Assembly: GCA_964016885.1 (NCBI GenBank)
Contig: OZ024751.1
Span: 9,920,001-9,984,000, forward strand
DNA: 64,000 nucleotides
Direction of reading: 5' to 3'
Source of the DNA: Eledone cirrhosa
Lineage: Eukaryota
Below the pieces are notes generated by a model that ran no database searches, was not told the DNA's origin, and was given only the letters and a program-made list of their open reading frames with translations. The position numbers were made by a program, and so were the translations under genes. Of the stretch, positions 47,427 to 60,819 are shown one piece after another. The stretch's first letter is position 1. Each line of letters begins with the position of its first letter.

Positions 47427-47621
47427 ATAGGAAAAAATATGACTCCGACGGCAGACCTCAAGCCGTTTCGACGGCTATTTCTGTGTCTAGAAATAGCCGT
47501 CGACCGGCTTGAGGTCTGCCGTCGGAGTCATACTTTTTTTCCTATTTCCCACTCTACTACCCTAAGTATTGAGTACTCTGGTGCGTTATGGTCCATCTGG
47601 TTCCTTACCACAATTCCTTCG

Positions 47622-47625
<4 letters not shown>
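47427..47625. mobile_element. Short element with a ~119-bp hairpin (47427-47545); inverted relative at 11597-11748
   Basis: Near-perfect inverted repeat; shared CCCACTCTACTACCCTAAGTATTGAGTACTC body; (TA)n flanks. Confidence 0.7.
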
Positions 47626-47711
<86 letters not shown>

Positions 47712-47948
47712 GTTATCAATCAATTAGTAGAAGTAAAAACTGAAGTGTGAAAACAGGAAAAGATTTACAAGGAATTGAACCCATGAACCTACAACCCAAA
47801 GTTTGTTTACTGGTAACTTACCAACAGTGTTTACTATCTATACAATATATATACCAATTGCATATATGTATGTATGCATGTATGTATGAAAGTATCTTTG
47901 TATATATGTATGTACGTATATATGTAAGTATATATATATATATATATC

Positions 47949-48006
<58 letters not shown>

Positions 48007-48116
48007 TATATGTATATATATACATGTACACATATATATATATGTATGCAGATATATATGTGTGTGTGTGTGTGTATGTATGCATATATATGTATATATA
48101 TATGTGTGTGTATGTA

Positions 48117-48193
<77 letters not shown>

Positions 48194-48428
48194 GTATGTA
48201 TGTATGTATGCATATATATATAGACTCAGATATATTTGTTTTTCTCAGTGCTGTAATTTCTAAAGAAAAGTACCCTCCAATGATCAATGTTAACTTTGAC
48301 TAATTTTATTAAAAACTCTTTGTCCATACATTCTAACTGAACAACTATTTAAATTCTGTTATAGATGTTTTTTATGTATATATATACAAATACATATACA
48401 ATCACATTTACACATACATGAACACACA

Positions 48429-48498
<70 letters not shown>

Positions 48499-48651
48499 TA
48501 CACACGCACGCACACACGCACACAAGTATGTGTGTACAGGTGTATATGTATGTGTATGTGTGTTTGTGTGAGTGTATGTGTGTGTGTAAATGTATACGTG
48601 TATTATGTGTGTATGCTTGTGTGTGTATGCTTGTGTGTGTATGTATGTGCA

Positions 48652-48700
<49 letters not shown>

Positions 48701-49908
48701 TGTATATATGAGTGTATGTTTGCGTGTATGTGTGTGATTATGTGTATAAATATATATAAATACACGTATATTTGTGCTTGTAAGTGTGTGTATATATATA
48801 TATATATTGTGTGTGTGTTACTGTGTCTATGTGTGTGCGTATGTGTGTATGCTTGTGTGTTTATGTGTATGTGCATGTGTGTGTATATGTATGTATCTGT
48901 GTATATGTGTGTGTGCACAAGCTATCCCACCCATCTATCACAATATATAGTGAAAACAATAGAATGGACACTCTACTTAACAGTTGTTAGTAATTTCAAA
49001 GTCTACAGACGCCGTATGTCGAAAGCTGACATGTATAAAGTGAATAAATAACCCCCATGATATTTCAATAATGAATTAGTAGCAATTTATCTCCCTTTAT
49101 TTACATTTGAAATCCCAAGTGTTTTCTATAAATTCGTTATGCTTTATGCAAACTCTGACTACTGTAATATTGATATTTTTCCTGTTATGCCTATGCCTAA
49201 GTCGCGTAAAATAATGAATGCAGATTTCTACTAGACTCCATTGTTTTGCTGAGTCTCATATAACTGCCATGGCCACCTCACAGAATAAAACCAGTGCTAG
49301 ATTTAGTCTAGTTATGGCCTTAAGCCATATAAAATTTGGAGTTTTCACAAAAAATTGGAAACCTATATGTAGAATAATGACTGTGGTCTCTCTACGAGAC
49401 TCCATTATTCTGCTGAGTTTTATATAAATACCATGACCACCTCACATAAGAAGAAGACTAGCACTAGATTTAGACTCGCTATGGCCCTAGGTTGGCTCTG
49501 CGCACGATGATGTTTCTAGGATTGCCGGCTTAGGATGACCCCAGCCTCGTCGAGCAAGACCAAGAAGAACATGGCCCTAAGTCATACAAAACTAGGAGTT
49601 AGCACAAAAAATTGGAAACATATATGCCTTTTGTTTATTATATCGAGCCCTCTATTAACTGTGAGGCCCTAAACTTGTTCAGCTTTTGTCTAAATAGGGC
49701 ACTAGAGAAAATCATTGTTATTGTTGTTGTTTAGCTTCATCTCTTAAACCATTTAACAGATGTAGGGCCTAGGACACTCCATCCATGGCGATCCAGGTTA
49801 CTGCTGGTCTACCATAATATTAACCTTACTGAGACCAGCACCTTAAAAGAAAATATCCCTACCAAGACCCTAATAAAAGTGAGTGGGGGTGAGTGTTTTT
49901 CTGTGTGT

Positions 49909-49972
<64 letters not shown>

Positions 49973-50703
49973 ATGAATGAGTGTTTGTGCGGGTGTATGA
50001 GTGTGTATGTGAATGAGTGTATGAGTGTATGAGTGTGTGAGTTTGTGTGTATGTGTGTGTTGGTGTGTGTGTAAGCTAGTGTTTTTTTGTGTGGGAGTGT
50101 TAGTGTTTGTATGTATGTGTTCAATTATGTGTTTGTGTGACTGTGCGAGTATTTGTGAGTGTTTATATAGGTGTTTATATATGTGTATGTAAGTTAGTGT
50201 TTGTGACTTTGTGTGTGTTATTTAAGTTAGTGTCTGTGTGTGTGTATGTAAGTTAGAGATTGTGTGTTTATGTATGTTTGTGTGTTTATGTATACTTATA
50301 TTCAGATAGGTAAATAAAGGAGGTGAAGAGATAGAGAGAAAGAGTTAGATAGATAGAGAGAAAGAGTTAGATAAGCTGTATAAGCCATCAAGATGAAAGG
50401 CAATCTAACTGACAATCACAAATATCTGTCAGATTAAAACGATAAATCATTTAAAGAATTATCCCAAAAGCCAAACAATTAAAAGATTTAAATTTTGAAA
50501 TGTGGGTCTTAACTATGTGCTTTATTTTGACACGTGTTGTCTTTTCTTCCTCTTTAGATTCTTCAAATCAGTTCGTCTGCTATTCACAATTAGGTTATAT
50601 AACTACTATGGGCATGTGGCTAGAATGTCTCAGAAAATAATCACTGGAAAGTCACTCCAGGTAGAGCCACAACTTCTCTGAATTTAGAGATCACAGTTCT
50701 GAT

Positions 50704-50875
50704 ACTATGGGCATGTGGTTAGAATGTCTCAGGAAATAATCGCTGGACAGATTTTACAGGCGAAACCAACAGGTAGGATACCCAGGGGTAGACCCCCAGC
50801 AAGATGGTTGGATAGCATCCATGAGTTTGGCTGGTCACGCTTGGGGATCAGTTAGAGACGGTTGACAGGACCTGC
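50704..50875 (+). mobile_element. RTE-clade LINE 3' remnant
   Basis: YYGHVVRMSQEIIAGQILQAKPTGRIPRGRPPARWLDSI..LGI. Confidence 0.7.
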
Positions 50876-51181
50876 AGCAAGTGCCTTCCCTAAGGAGCTC
50901 TAGTAAGATGGGAAATGTCCTAGTAATATGTACTAGTAAGAAGGTTCTTCGCTGAGGAAATCTAGTAAGACGGGAAATGTGTGGCGTTATCACTACAATA
51001 CTCACCCCACATCATTCCTGACACATTTTCCGCAGTATGTCCCCACTTTCAATATTTATTTCGAAGTTGTCTCCCATGCGTTTCTTGATAATAATTTTCA
51101 TAAACATTAATGATGTTTCTTTTCCTTGCTGATGTAATTTAAAACATTTTCTGAGTTATTGAATTAAGGGTGTTAGCCCAG

Positions 51182-51740
51182 GGCGGCGAAATGACAGAGT
51201 CGTTAGAACGTCGGATAGAATGCTTTGCGGTATTTATTTAGCTCTACTCTGAGTTCAAATCCCACCCAGGTCAACTTTACCTTTCATCTATTCAAGATTG
51301 ATAAAAACGGTACCAGTCAAGTATTGGGGTCGATTCTTTCTCTATATCTCTTTCTCACTTTCGTTCTCTCGCTCCCTCTCTATCCTCCTCTGGAAGAAAT
51401 CTGCTGAATTCAGACCTGGAAAGGAGATGGGCTCCAACAGGTTTTTAAATGCCCCAAGAAACGGCGCCCCTACGACTCCCTCAAATGTTACGACAGAAAG
51501 AAGACCTAATGAATTATAACTAATGGTAGAATTAAAACTATCAGTAGAGCGTCGGACACCCTGCTTCGCAGCATAGAGTTACGGCCTTTTACGTTCTGAG
51601 TTCAAATCCCGCCGAGGTTAGCTTTGCCTTTCATCCTTACAAAGTCGATAAAATAAAGCACCAGTTATACACTGGGGTCGATTTGATTGACTTTCCCCTC
51701 CCCAAAAATTGCTGGCCTTGTGTCTATAGTAGAAACAATT
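51182..51740 (+). mobile_element. Two SINE family 1 copies (51182-51335 diverged; 51523-51740)
   Basis: GAGTTCAAATCCC B-box and CTTTCATC body in each. Confidence 0.75.
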
Positions 51741-52304
51741 CGTGTTAAACAACCTGACGTCCAGATTACAAATGAGAGAAATAGAAGAATCACTTTTAAT
51801 GTTTCTTTGATTAGTACTTTATTTAGGTAAACTCCTTGGGATTTGAACACAGAATGAATAGAGCCTGCTTAATTACTTCCACGCATTCTGTTTGACGCTA
51901 TAGTGATTCTCACCAATTCAGTGAAATATTTCAAGAGATATGTTTACGTGCGTTTTTGAAGTGTTATAAGCAATTCCATTTTATTCTCTAACCAATTATC
52001 TTACGTTATCAATCTTAAATATATCTACCCCATCCAGATATGTAGTCAAGTGAATATAGATACCGTTGAAAGTTAGAATACAACCGAACGAGGAATTCGT
52101 GTAAATGTATCTATCCCATACAGATATGTAGTTATGTGAATATGTATGTATGGTCCCGTAACTCCTGGTAGAGTCGTTGGGGTGCCGCATTGGCATACGG
52201 CGTTTTGGGGCATTTTAAGCCTGGCAGAACCCATCATTCTCCAGGCCTGAGCACAGTAGATTTCTTCCAGAGAAAGATAGAAAGGAAATGAGAAAGAGAT
52301 ATAG

Positions 52305-52466
52305 AGGAAGAATTGACTCCAGTACTAGACTGGTACTTTTTTATCGACCTCGTAAGGATGAAAGGCAAAGCTGACCTCCGTGGGATTTGAACTCAAAGCA
52401 GAGAGCCGGAACTAATATCATTAAGCATTCTACCCGACGTTCTAATAACTCTGCCAATTCGCCGCC
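52305..52466 (-). mobile_element. SINE family 1, diverged
   Basis: GGATGAAAGGCAAAG..GGGATTTGAACTC. Confidence 0.75.
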
Positions 52467-52575
52467 TATTATGTGAATATAGATACCGTCAAAAGTTGGA
52501 ATACAACCGAACGAGGAATTTATGTAAATACTAATTTCAAATAAATTTAACAACATTTTAGATATAATTGCTGCT

Positions 52576-52946
52576 GAAACCCTCTTTACTAATGCTTCAC
52601 TAGTCTACACGGCAAATGTCACATTTTTTTTTTTTAATATGCACAGTAATCCATCGGTTTAGTCCTTAGAAACCCTCATTACAAATGCCTCACTAGTCTA
52701 CACGGTAAATGTCACATTTAGTATTTAAAATATACACAGTAATTCACCGGTTTAATTCTTAGAAACTCTCATTAGAAATACCTCATTAGTCTACACGGTA
52801 AATATCACATTTAGTTTTAAAATGTGCACAGTAATCCATCGGTTTAATTCTTAGAAGCCCTCATTACAAATGCCTCACTTGTCTACACGGTAAATATCAC
52901 ATTTACTTTTGAATATATGCACAGTAATCCATCAGTTTAATTCCTA
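52576..52946. repeat. Four tandem ~93-bp units
   Basis: GAAACCCTCATTACAAATGCCTCACTAGTCTACACGG.. starting near 52576, 52669, 52762, 52854. Confidence 0.9.
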
Positions 52947-53492
52947 ATCGTTTTACACAAAATTCTGGAGGTTTATTTAAGGAATCTACTTTAAGATGGC
53001 ATCATATGGTTAGTAGAAGCAATGCTGTTCTATGGATTCTTCCCTGAGACACATATTCACTAATCCTTTTATATTTTAAACGGAAAATGAAGTGCTTCAT
53101 GCTGCATCAATAAGCCTGATTTTATAATGTAATACTAAGACGGAATGTAATCGATACAATACTTACTGTAGAAGCATTATAATCATTATTATTGTTTTAG
53201 TTTTTCATTTACCTTCAGTTTTGTTTCCATTTCTTTCCGTGTGTCTTCCCGACACCTTGGACAGAGAAACTTACCCCATACACTGATAGGCTGAAAAAAT
53301 AAATACACAGACTATTTACATCACGCACTTTACACAGTTACAAATATATCACTTGATTTATACATGTGCATATTATCTGTTAAAAATGATATTTACAACA
53401 GAATGAATAAGAATAAGAGTGTTCAATTATTTACAACTTACATAATTAAGGAATATTTATTATTATCATTTTTATCATTATCACATTATCAA

Positions 53493-53690
53493 ATGTCCCT
53501 CCGAAGTCTCCCCCCTATTGGGGAATTTTTCATTGTTATTTTCATTGTTATTTTTGTTACATCCTCTGTTTTTGTTTTTTACACGCAGAAATGCCCATTT
53601 GTACAGTCCTGCATTGTCCTGCACTGTCCTTAATGTCTACTTTATGTAAACCCTTGTGGTTAATAAAGAAATCATTATTATCATTATCAC
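53493..53690 (+). mobile_element. Isolated 3' UTR copy of the adjacent Tx1-like LINE
   Basis: Matches 55497-55665 including AATAAA and (ATT/ATC) tail. Confidence 0.85.
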
Positions 53691-55690
53691 CTCATGCGAT
53701 ACATGGTAGATAGGGTAGCTAGGGAACCTGGCACGGGTGGGTCCTTGATCAATTTAGATCAGTCGAAAGCTTTCGAGGGGGTCGACCATCGTTACCTAGC
53801 GGCAGTCCTGAGGGCGGCTGGCTTTGGGCCCGTCTTCAGAGGCTGGATCGCTGCCATGCACAGCAACATCTGCTCTGTGGTGAGAGTGAACGGTCACCTT
53901 TCGGAACCGTTCAACATCATGCGCTCGGTCCGCCAAGGATGTCCCCTCTCGTCCCTCTTGTACGTATTGACTCTCGAGCCATTACTGCACAAACTGGAGA
54001 CGTTGAGGGGAGTCCCGCGCGAACTAGGATGCGGAAGATTCGTGTCAGCATATGCGGACGATGTCACCGTAGTGGTGTCGAACGCCAAACACATCGAGGC
54101 GATCGGCACTACACTAAAGGATACGAAGCGATGACAGGAGCAATGATCAACCAGGAAAAGTCAGTGGGCCTGCAGTTCGGCACCTGGAGAGGCAGGTCCA
54201 TGCCGTCCAACAGCGTCGTCGGGCGCTGGACGGACGGACCATTTAAATTGCTCAGGGTCTGGTTCGGTCCGGATCTCCAGACGTACAAAAACTGGGACGA
54301 GGTGACGAGCAGGGTTGCTTCTCTCACCCAGAAATGGGCCGAGAGGAGGCTATCCCTGAAAGGTCGAGCGGAGGTGGCTAACGCATATATCGCGTCCGTC
54401 ATCTACTACCGCCTGACCATCGTACCTTGTCCTAAGCCCCGCCTGACGGCGCTGGAGCGTTTGCTCTTTCGTTTTTTGTGGAAGGGACGCGCTCCGATGG
54501 TCAGGCGGTCCATCTGCTGTCAACACCCGCTACGTGGAGGGCTGGGAATGCCGTGGCTGATGATGCACAGAAACACGCTCAGGCTACGACATCTCCACCT
54601 CTTCCTCGACGGTGATCAGGTGTGGTCTCCGTTTGCTAGACGCGTCTTTCCCCAGCTCGTCTCCTTGACGGAGCTGCAGTCCTGGGTCAAGCGAAGACCG
54701 AGAGGAGCGCTTGGAGACTGGAATGTCTTCAGGCGCTCACAGCCCTCGACCAATCGGGCAATGTGATCTGTGGAAACTCCACATTGGCGTTCTATAGAGG
54801 ATTAGTGGAGGGAAAGAGTGACGACGTACTTGGGGAAATTCTAGGCGTCGACGAAAATCAACTAGCCAATCTCTTCGGAAGAACTTTCGGGTCGGGGCCT
54901 ATGGACAACTTCCAGAAATCCCTGGCCTGGCAGTGCTACCGAGGAGTTTTGCCAGTTCGGGATAAACTCTACAGGCATGGAGGTGCCATCAGCCGGGCAT
55001 GTCCGAGATGCGCGCAGGGCGACGAAACCGTCCTGCACGCACTCGTCCAGTGTCCGAGCATTGCTGACTTGTGGGTTTATGTCGAACACCTGCTGTCACG
55101 TGTAGGACGGATCCAGCTATCAGCTGAGTCCATCGTGAGGATTGCCCCGCCCTCTTCCTTTAGCCGGGAAGGGCAGGCAGTTTTTATCTGTCTGGTGGCC
55201 ATGGCGAAAGAGATAGTATGGTGGACACGTTTGAAAGGGCTGAAGACGAGCACTTACCTCTTCGGTGATGCCCTAATTAACTTTTTCAAATTTCATTTGA
55301 AAAGGAAAATCAGGGTAGAAAGGGAAGTGCTCTCTTCCCAGCATTTTGTTGAAAGATGGGTGAGAGAGGCAAGAATGGCCCGAGTGAATGGGCCTACTCT
55401 GAGTATGTGTCTGTAAATTAAAGGTGGAAAACTGGGAGAGGGCACTTGCCCTGGTGTTCAGGGTCACTGTGGCTTTTTAATGTGCTTTCTCCACGAATGT
55501 CCCTCGGAAGTCTCCCCCCTATTGGGGAATTTTTTCATTGTTCTATTATTACATCCTGTGTTTCTTGTTTTTTACACGCAGAAATGCCCATTTGTACCGC
55601 CCTGTATTGTCCTGTACTGTCCTTAATGTCTACTTTATGTAGACACTTGTGGTTAATAAAGAAAGCATTATTATCATTATCATTATTACA
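53691..55690 (+). mobile_element. Tx1/L1-clade LINE, 5'-truncated (RT plus CCHC finger), frameshifted
   Basis: LDQSKAF..VDH, VRQGCPLS, AYADD, GGLGMP, CPRC..ETVLHALVQC; 3' UTR with AATAAA. Confidence 0.92.
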
Positions 55691-55709
55691 ATTATTATTA
55701 TTATTATTA

Positions 55710-57168
55710 TTGTTCTTTGAGTCTCAGTCATTGATGTTATTTAACTGGAAAGTTTGTTAAAATGAATATCAAGCCACTACCTGCAGCCTCAGATATTCAG
55801 GACGTATCGGAGGGTTCTTGCTGTTGCCAGCAAGCATGCCTTTTGAAGTGTTCCAAAAAGCAGGGCTGGACTAACTTTCTTTAACCATCCTTGGAAACTA
55901 TTTGAGATAGTACCTAGTGCGCCTATGACAATCGGGACCACTTTGACTTCATGGCAGTTCCAAATCCTTTTTACCTCCCACTTTAAGTCCTGGTATCGGT
56001 TAATTTTCTCCCTCTCCTTCTCTTGCACTCTCGTGTTGAATGGGCAGGCTCCATCTACAATCAGGCACGATCTTTTTTCCTTGTCCAAAACCACCAGGTC
56101 AGGCCTATTGTGTTCCAGTTTCTTGTCCGTCTGTATCCTAAAATCCCACAGCACCTTCACCTGATCGTTTTCTATCACCGACTCTGGCTTATGCTCATAC
56201 CACTTCTCAGAATGTGGTAAATTGTTTACTTTGCATAGGTGCCAGTGGATCACCCTGCCCATCACATCATGTCTCCAGCCTTTATAGTGAGTATGGGCTA
56301 GGTGTTTACACTCGGATACAATGTGAGCCAGTCTCCTCTCTCTCTCTCTCCACAGATCCTCCACAGTGGGCTAGCCTCCTCCTTGTAAATGTGGTGTTTC
56401 ACCCACTTCGTTTTGAGGGCCTGCTCTTGCGCAGCCATTGGCATTCCTTCTGTAACATTTTTTAAGGTCTCCTCTTTTCAACCAGTTCCATGTCTGTGGA
56501 TCTCTAATTTCAGTTTTCTCAAAGAAAGTACTATGAAGGGATTTTTCATGAAGGTTGCTCTTCCTCCTTGTTGTTATTTCCTCCCTGGACATCCCCTGGT
56601 CTATTGTCCTCTCCTTCAGTACAATTCTGAGCATTGGCTCCCTACTGTCAGTCACGTATTTGTGTAGGTTGTTTTTCTCCATCTGAACACAGTCCTCTAT
56701 GCTGATAAGACTTCTTCCACCTTCAGATCTCCTTAAGTAGAGTCTATCGACATCACTCCTCTTGTGGAACATGTTGTAGATAGTCAATAGCTTCCTAGTC
56801 TTCCTATCTATTTCATTTTGTTCAGCAACATTCCATCTCAGAATTCCCGCACTGTACCTAATAATAGACACAGCTCGGGAATTTACTGCACTTATGGCAT
56901 TCCTACTGTTTAGATGTGATTTTAATACTCTCCTTACTCACCTAATGTACTCAGATCTTATCAATTCCTTCATTTTTTTGTTCTTGATGTCATCTGCCTC
57001 CAGAACACCTAAATATTTGTATTCTTCTTCAGTGTCAAATTCCTTTATCATCTCACCTGTTGGTACCTGGATTCCGTTGTTTCTGCTCAATTTACCCCTC
57101 TTCATCACAAGGACTCTACACTTACTAATACCAAATTGCATACATATATCATTGCTGAAAATACGGAC
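55710..57168 (-). mobile_element. R4/Dong-clade LINE with restriction-like endonuclease, 5'-truncated
   Basis: YKYLG, IDRKTRK..DRLYL..GGR, HIVSEC..RHD, LWD..TD..NRPD..D..EK..Y, PIVIGALG; 3' end in (TAA)n. Confidence 0.9.
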
Positions 57169-57180
57169 ATTATCATTATC

Positions 57181-57213
<33 letters not shown>

Positions 57214-57215
<2 letters not shown>

Positions 57216-58665
57216 CGACCCCGTAAGGATGGAAGGCAAAGTTAACCTCAGCGGGATTTGAACTCAGTCCGTAAAGGGACGTAACTGTGCTGCAAAGCAT
57301 GGCGCCCGACCCGCTACCGATACTGCCAGTAATAATTTCTAAAGGTTGACAAATAATTGTTTCTACTTTTGGCACAAGGCCAGCAATTACCCCAGTGAAT
57401 TACTGGTACTTTATTCTATGGACCCCCGTAAGGATGACAGGCAAAGTTAACCTCGGTGGGATTTGAACTCAGACCATAAAGGGCCGTAACGTTTTGCAGT
57501 AAATCATGGCGTCTGACGCTGTCCCTATACTGCCAATCCACCACCCTGATAATGATAATAATGATAATGATAATAAAGAAAACATTATCATAATAATGAT
57601 AATAATGATAATGTTTTCTTTATTATCATTATCATTATTATCATTATCAGGGTGGTGGATTGGCAGTATAGGGACAGCGTCAGACGCCATGATTTACTGC
57701 AAAACGTTACGGCCCTTTATGGTCTGAGTTCAAATCCCACCGAGGTTAACTTTGACTTTCATCCTTACGGGGGTCCATAGAATAAAGTACCAGTAATTCA
57801 CTGGGGTAATTGCTGGTTTTGTGCCAAAAGTAGAAACAATTTGTAATTGGTGGATTGGCAGTATCGATAGAGGGTCGGACACCATGCTTTGACGCATAGG
57901 GTTACGACCCTTGCCATTGTGATTTCAAATCCCGCCGAGGTTAACTTTGCCTGTCATCCTTACGGGGTCGATAAAATAAAGTACCAGTAATGTACTGTGT
58001 AATTGCTGGCCTTGTGCCAAAAGTAGAAACAATTATTTGTCAACCTTTAGAAATTATTACTGGCAGTATCGGTAGAGGGTCGGGCGCCATGCTTTGCAGC
58101 ACAGTTGCGTCCCTTTACGGACTGAGTTCAAATCCCGCTGAGGTTAACTTTGCCTTCCATCCTTAAGGGGTCGATAAAATAAAGTACCAGTAATACACTG
58201 ATTTAATTGCTGTCCTTGTGCCAAAAGTAGAAACAATTATTATAATAATAAAATAGAGCGGTGGTTTGGCAGTATAGGGACAGCGTCAGACACTATGCTT
58301 TGCAGCATAGAGTTATGGCCCTTTGCGTTCTGAGTTCAAATCCTGCCGAGGTTAACTTTGCCTTTCATCCTTACGGGGTCGATAAAATAAAGTACCAGTA
58401 ATGTATTGAGTAATTGCTGGCCTTATGCCAAAAGTAGAAATAATTATTTGGTGGTGGCGTAGCAGTATTGGTAGAGCGTCGGGGAACATGCTACGTAGCA
58501 TAAAGTTACGTCCTTTCACGTTCTAAATTCAAATCCCGCCAAGGTTTGCTTTGCTTTTCATCCTTAGTGGGGTCGATAGAATAAAATACCAGCAATGCAC
58601 TGGGGTCGATTTAATCGACTTTACCGCCTAAAATTGTGGGTCTTGTGCCTAAATCAGAAACCATT
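57214..58665. mobile_element. Cluster of seven family 1 SINEs (two on -, five on +) forming a large inverted repeat centred at ~57598
   Basis: 57355-57590 mirrors 57605-57841; 57214-57355 mirrors ~58033-58174. Confidence 0.9.
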
Positions 58666-58955
58666 ATTTAGTTTACTATCTGAAGGATTAGTTCGAGTCC
58701 TATGTTGCCGGATATTTTGAGCATTGCTGTGACTACATCTGATGATGCTACAGTAAATAGTCAAAGTTTAAACATCAACAGCGGTTTTCGAACGGTGTTC
58801 GAAATAAAATACGAGAAATGAGAAGTTTTACTGAATAAAAATTTCAATTATCTATTGTAAAGTCTCGAAAGAGTAAGATGAAGGATACAGCTTCGAGGCA
58901 ATGAGAATTGCCTCGAAGTTGTATCCTTCATCTTATATATATATATATAAAAAAA

Positions 58956-58988
<33 letters not shown>

Positions 58989-59051
58989 TATCCACGATCG
59001 TAAAGCAGTGAAGTATATTTATAATGACTTGATTTTTTATTTCATTGTTTT

Positions 59052-59117
<66 letters not shown>

Positions 59118-59329
59118 TTCTTGTTGGTTTTGTTGTCATTGACGATGATTATGGGAAAGCGGATGTGGATATTGTTGATTTATGTGAGTTCTTCTGTTGA
59201 AATTGTCTCTTGTCTACATGAAACTTTAACAATAACAGTGTTACTATTAAATAGACACACGAAAGAATAATAACTAATTTTTTTTAGAAAAGTCATCCAA
59301 TAAATATGTATATATGTTCGTCAATCCGT

Positions 59330-59795
59330 ACACATACACAAAGATACATGCAGGTAACATGCATATACATACATTCAGGCATACATACATATATATATAT
59401 ACATACATTCATACATATATGCACATAGGTACATACATACACACATACATGCGGGCATACATACATATATACACATAGATACATACATATAAACATACAT
59501 GCGTGAATACATACATATATACACATAGATACATACATATACATGCGTGCATACATACATATATACACATAGATACATACATATAAACATACATGCGTGC
59601 ATACATACATATATACACATAGATACATACATATACACATACATGCGTGCATACATACATATATACACATATATACATACTTATACACATACATGCGTGC
59701 ATACATACATATATATATAGATGCATTTATACATAGTATACACATAGATACATACATACAAATATACATGCGCGCATACGTACATATAAATATAC
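59330..59795. repeat. ~46-bp minisatellite built from (CATA)n with GCGTG anchors
   Basis: Recurrent ACATGCGTGCATACATACATATATACACATAGATACATAC units. Confidence 0.8.
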
Positions 59796-60272
59796 ATGGT
59801 GGCTGCCAACTCGTTTTCGAGTACGGCCACTACTTTATATCCATGGAGGAGAACCCCTACCGATGCGCTGAACAAGTGTGACTTTTTAGTCCAGCCAGCG
59901 ACTTGAAAATTCTGGTACAAACACTACACTTGTGACAATTACTGACACATAGTGCTGGGCCCATGGTACCATGTGACGACAAGTGCAGAGAGATCTTCAG
60001 ATATAAAGCAATGCCTGTGCCGTGAAGCTTTTATAGTGAGCAAAGGCACTGCACAAAGCCAGTCCCACTCTCTTAACCAAGATGATATTTACCAAAAAGA
60101 AGAACAAGTCAACATCATTGGATACCATCAGGGTTGCAGGTGTTATATCAGAGTTTTCCTTCTCCTAGAATTCTGCCTTGACAAAGGCTAAGGGGTCATA
60201 TACATATATACATATACATATATACATATATATATATATATACATATATACATACAAATATATACATATACA

Positions 60273-60304
<32 letters not shown>

Positions 60305-60319
60305 CATATATATATATAC

Positions 60320-60386
<67 letters not shown>

Positions 60387-60496
60387 CATATACATATATA
60401 CATATATATACATAAATACATATACATATATATATACATAAATATATATACATATAAATATATATATATACATATATATATACATATATATATGCT

Positions 60497-60548
<52 letters not shown>

Positions 60549-60819
60549 TTTCTCAGTTTTTGTTTTTTGTTCTGCAGGGTGTCCAAAATCACCCTCCTCA
60601 CCAAGTAAACTTGGTGGGGTTGCCGGTTTAGACGCCGATGACCCGACCATGCGACAGGTTGTACTGGGTTACATGTAACCAGTAGCACTCGAGAGGGACT
60701 CGACATAATATATGTCGTGACATATATATATACATATATATATACATATATATATACATATATATATATACATACATATACATATATATATACATATATA
60801 TACATATATATGTATACAT

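Noticed and set aside
47747-49051. [12 protein letters not shown] ORFs here and throughout the window
   Set aside because: Translations of (TA)n, (TG)n and (CA)n dinucleotide repeats
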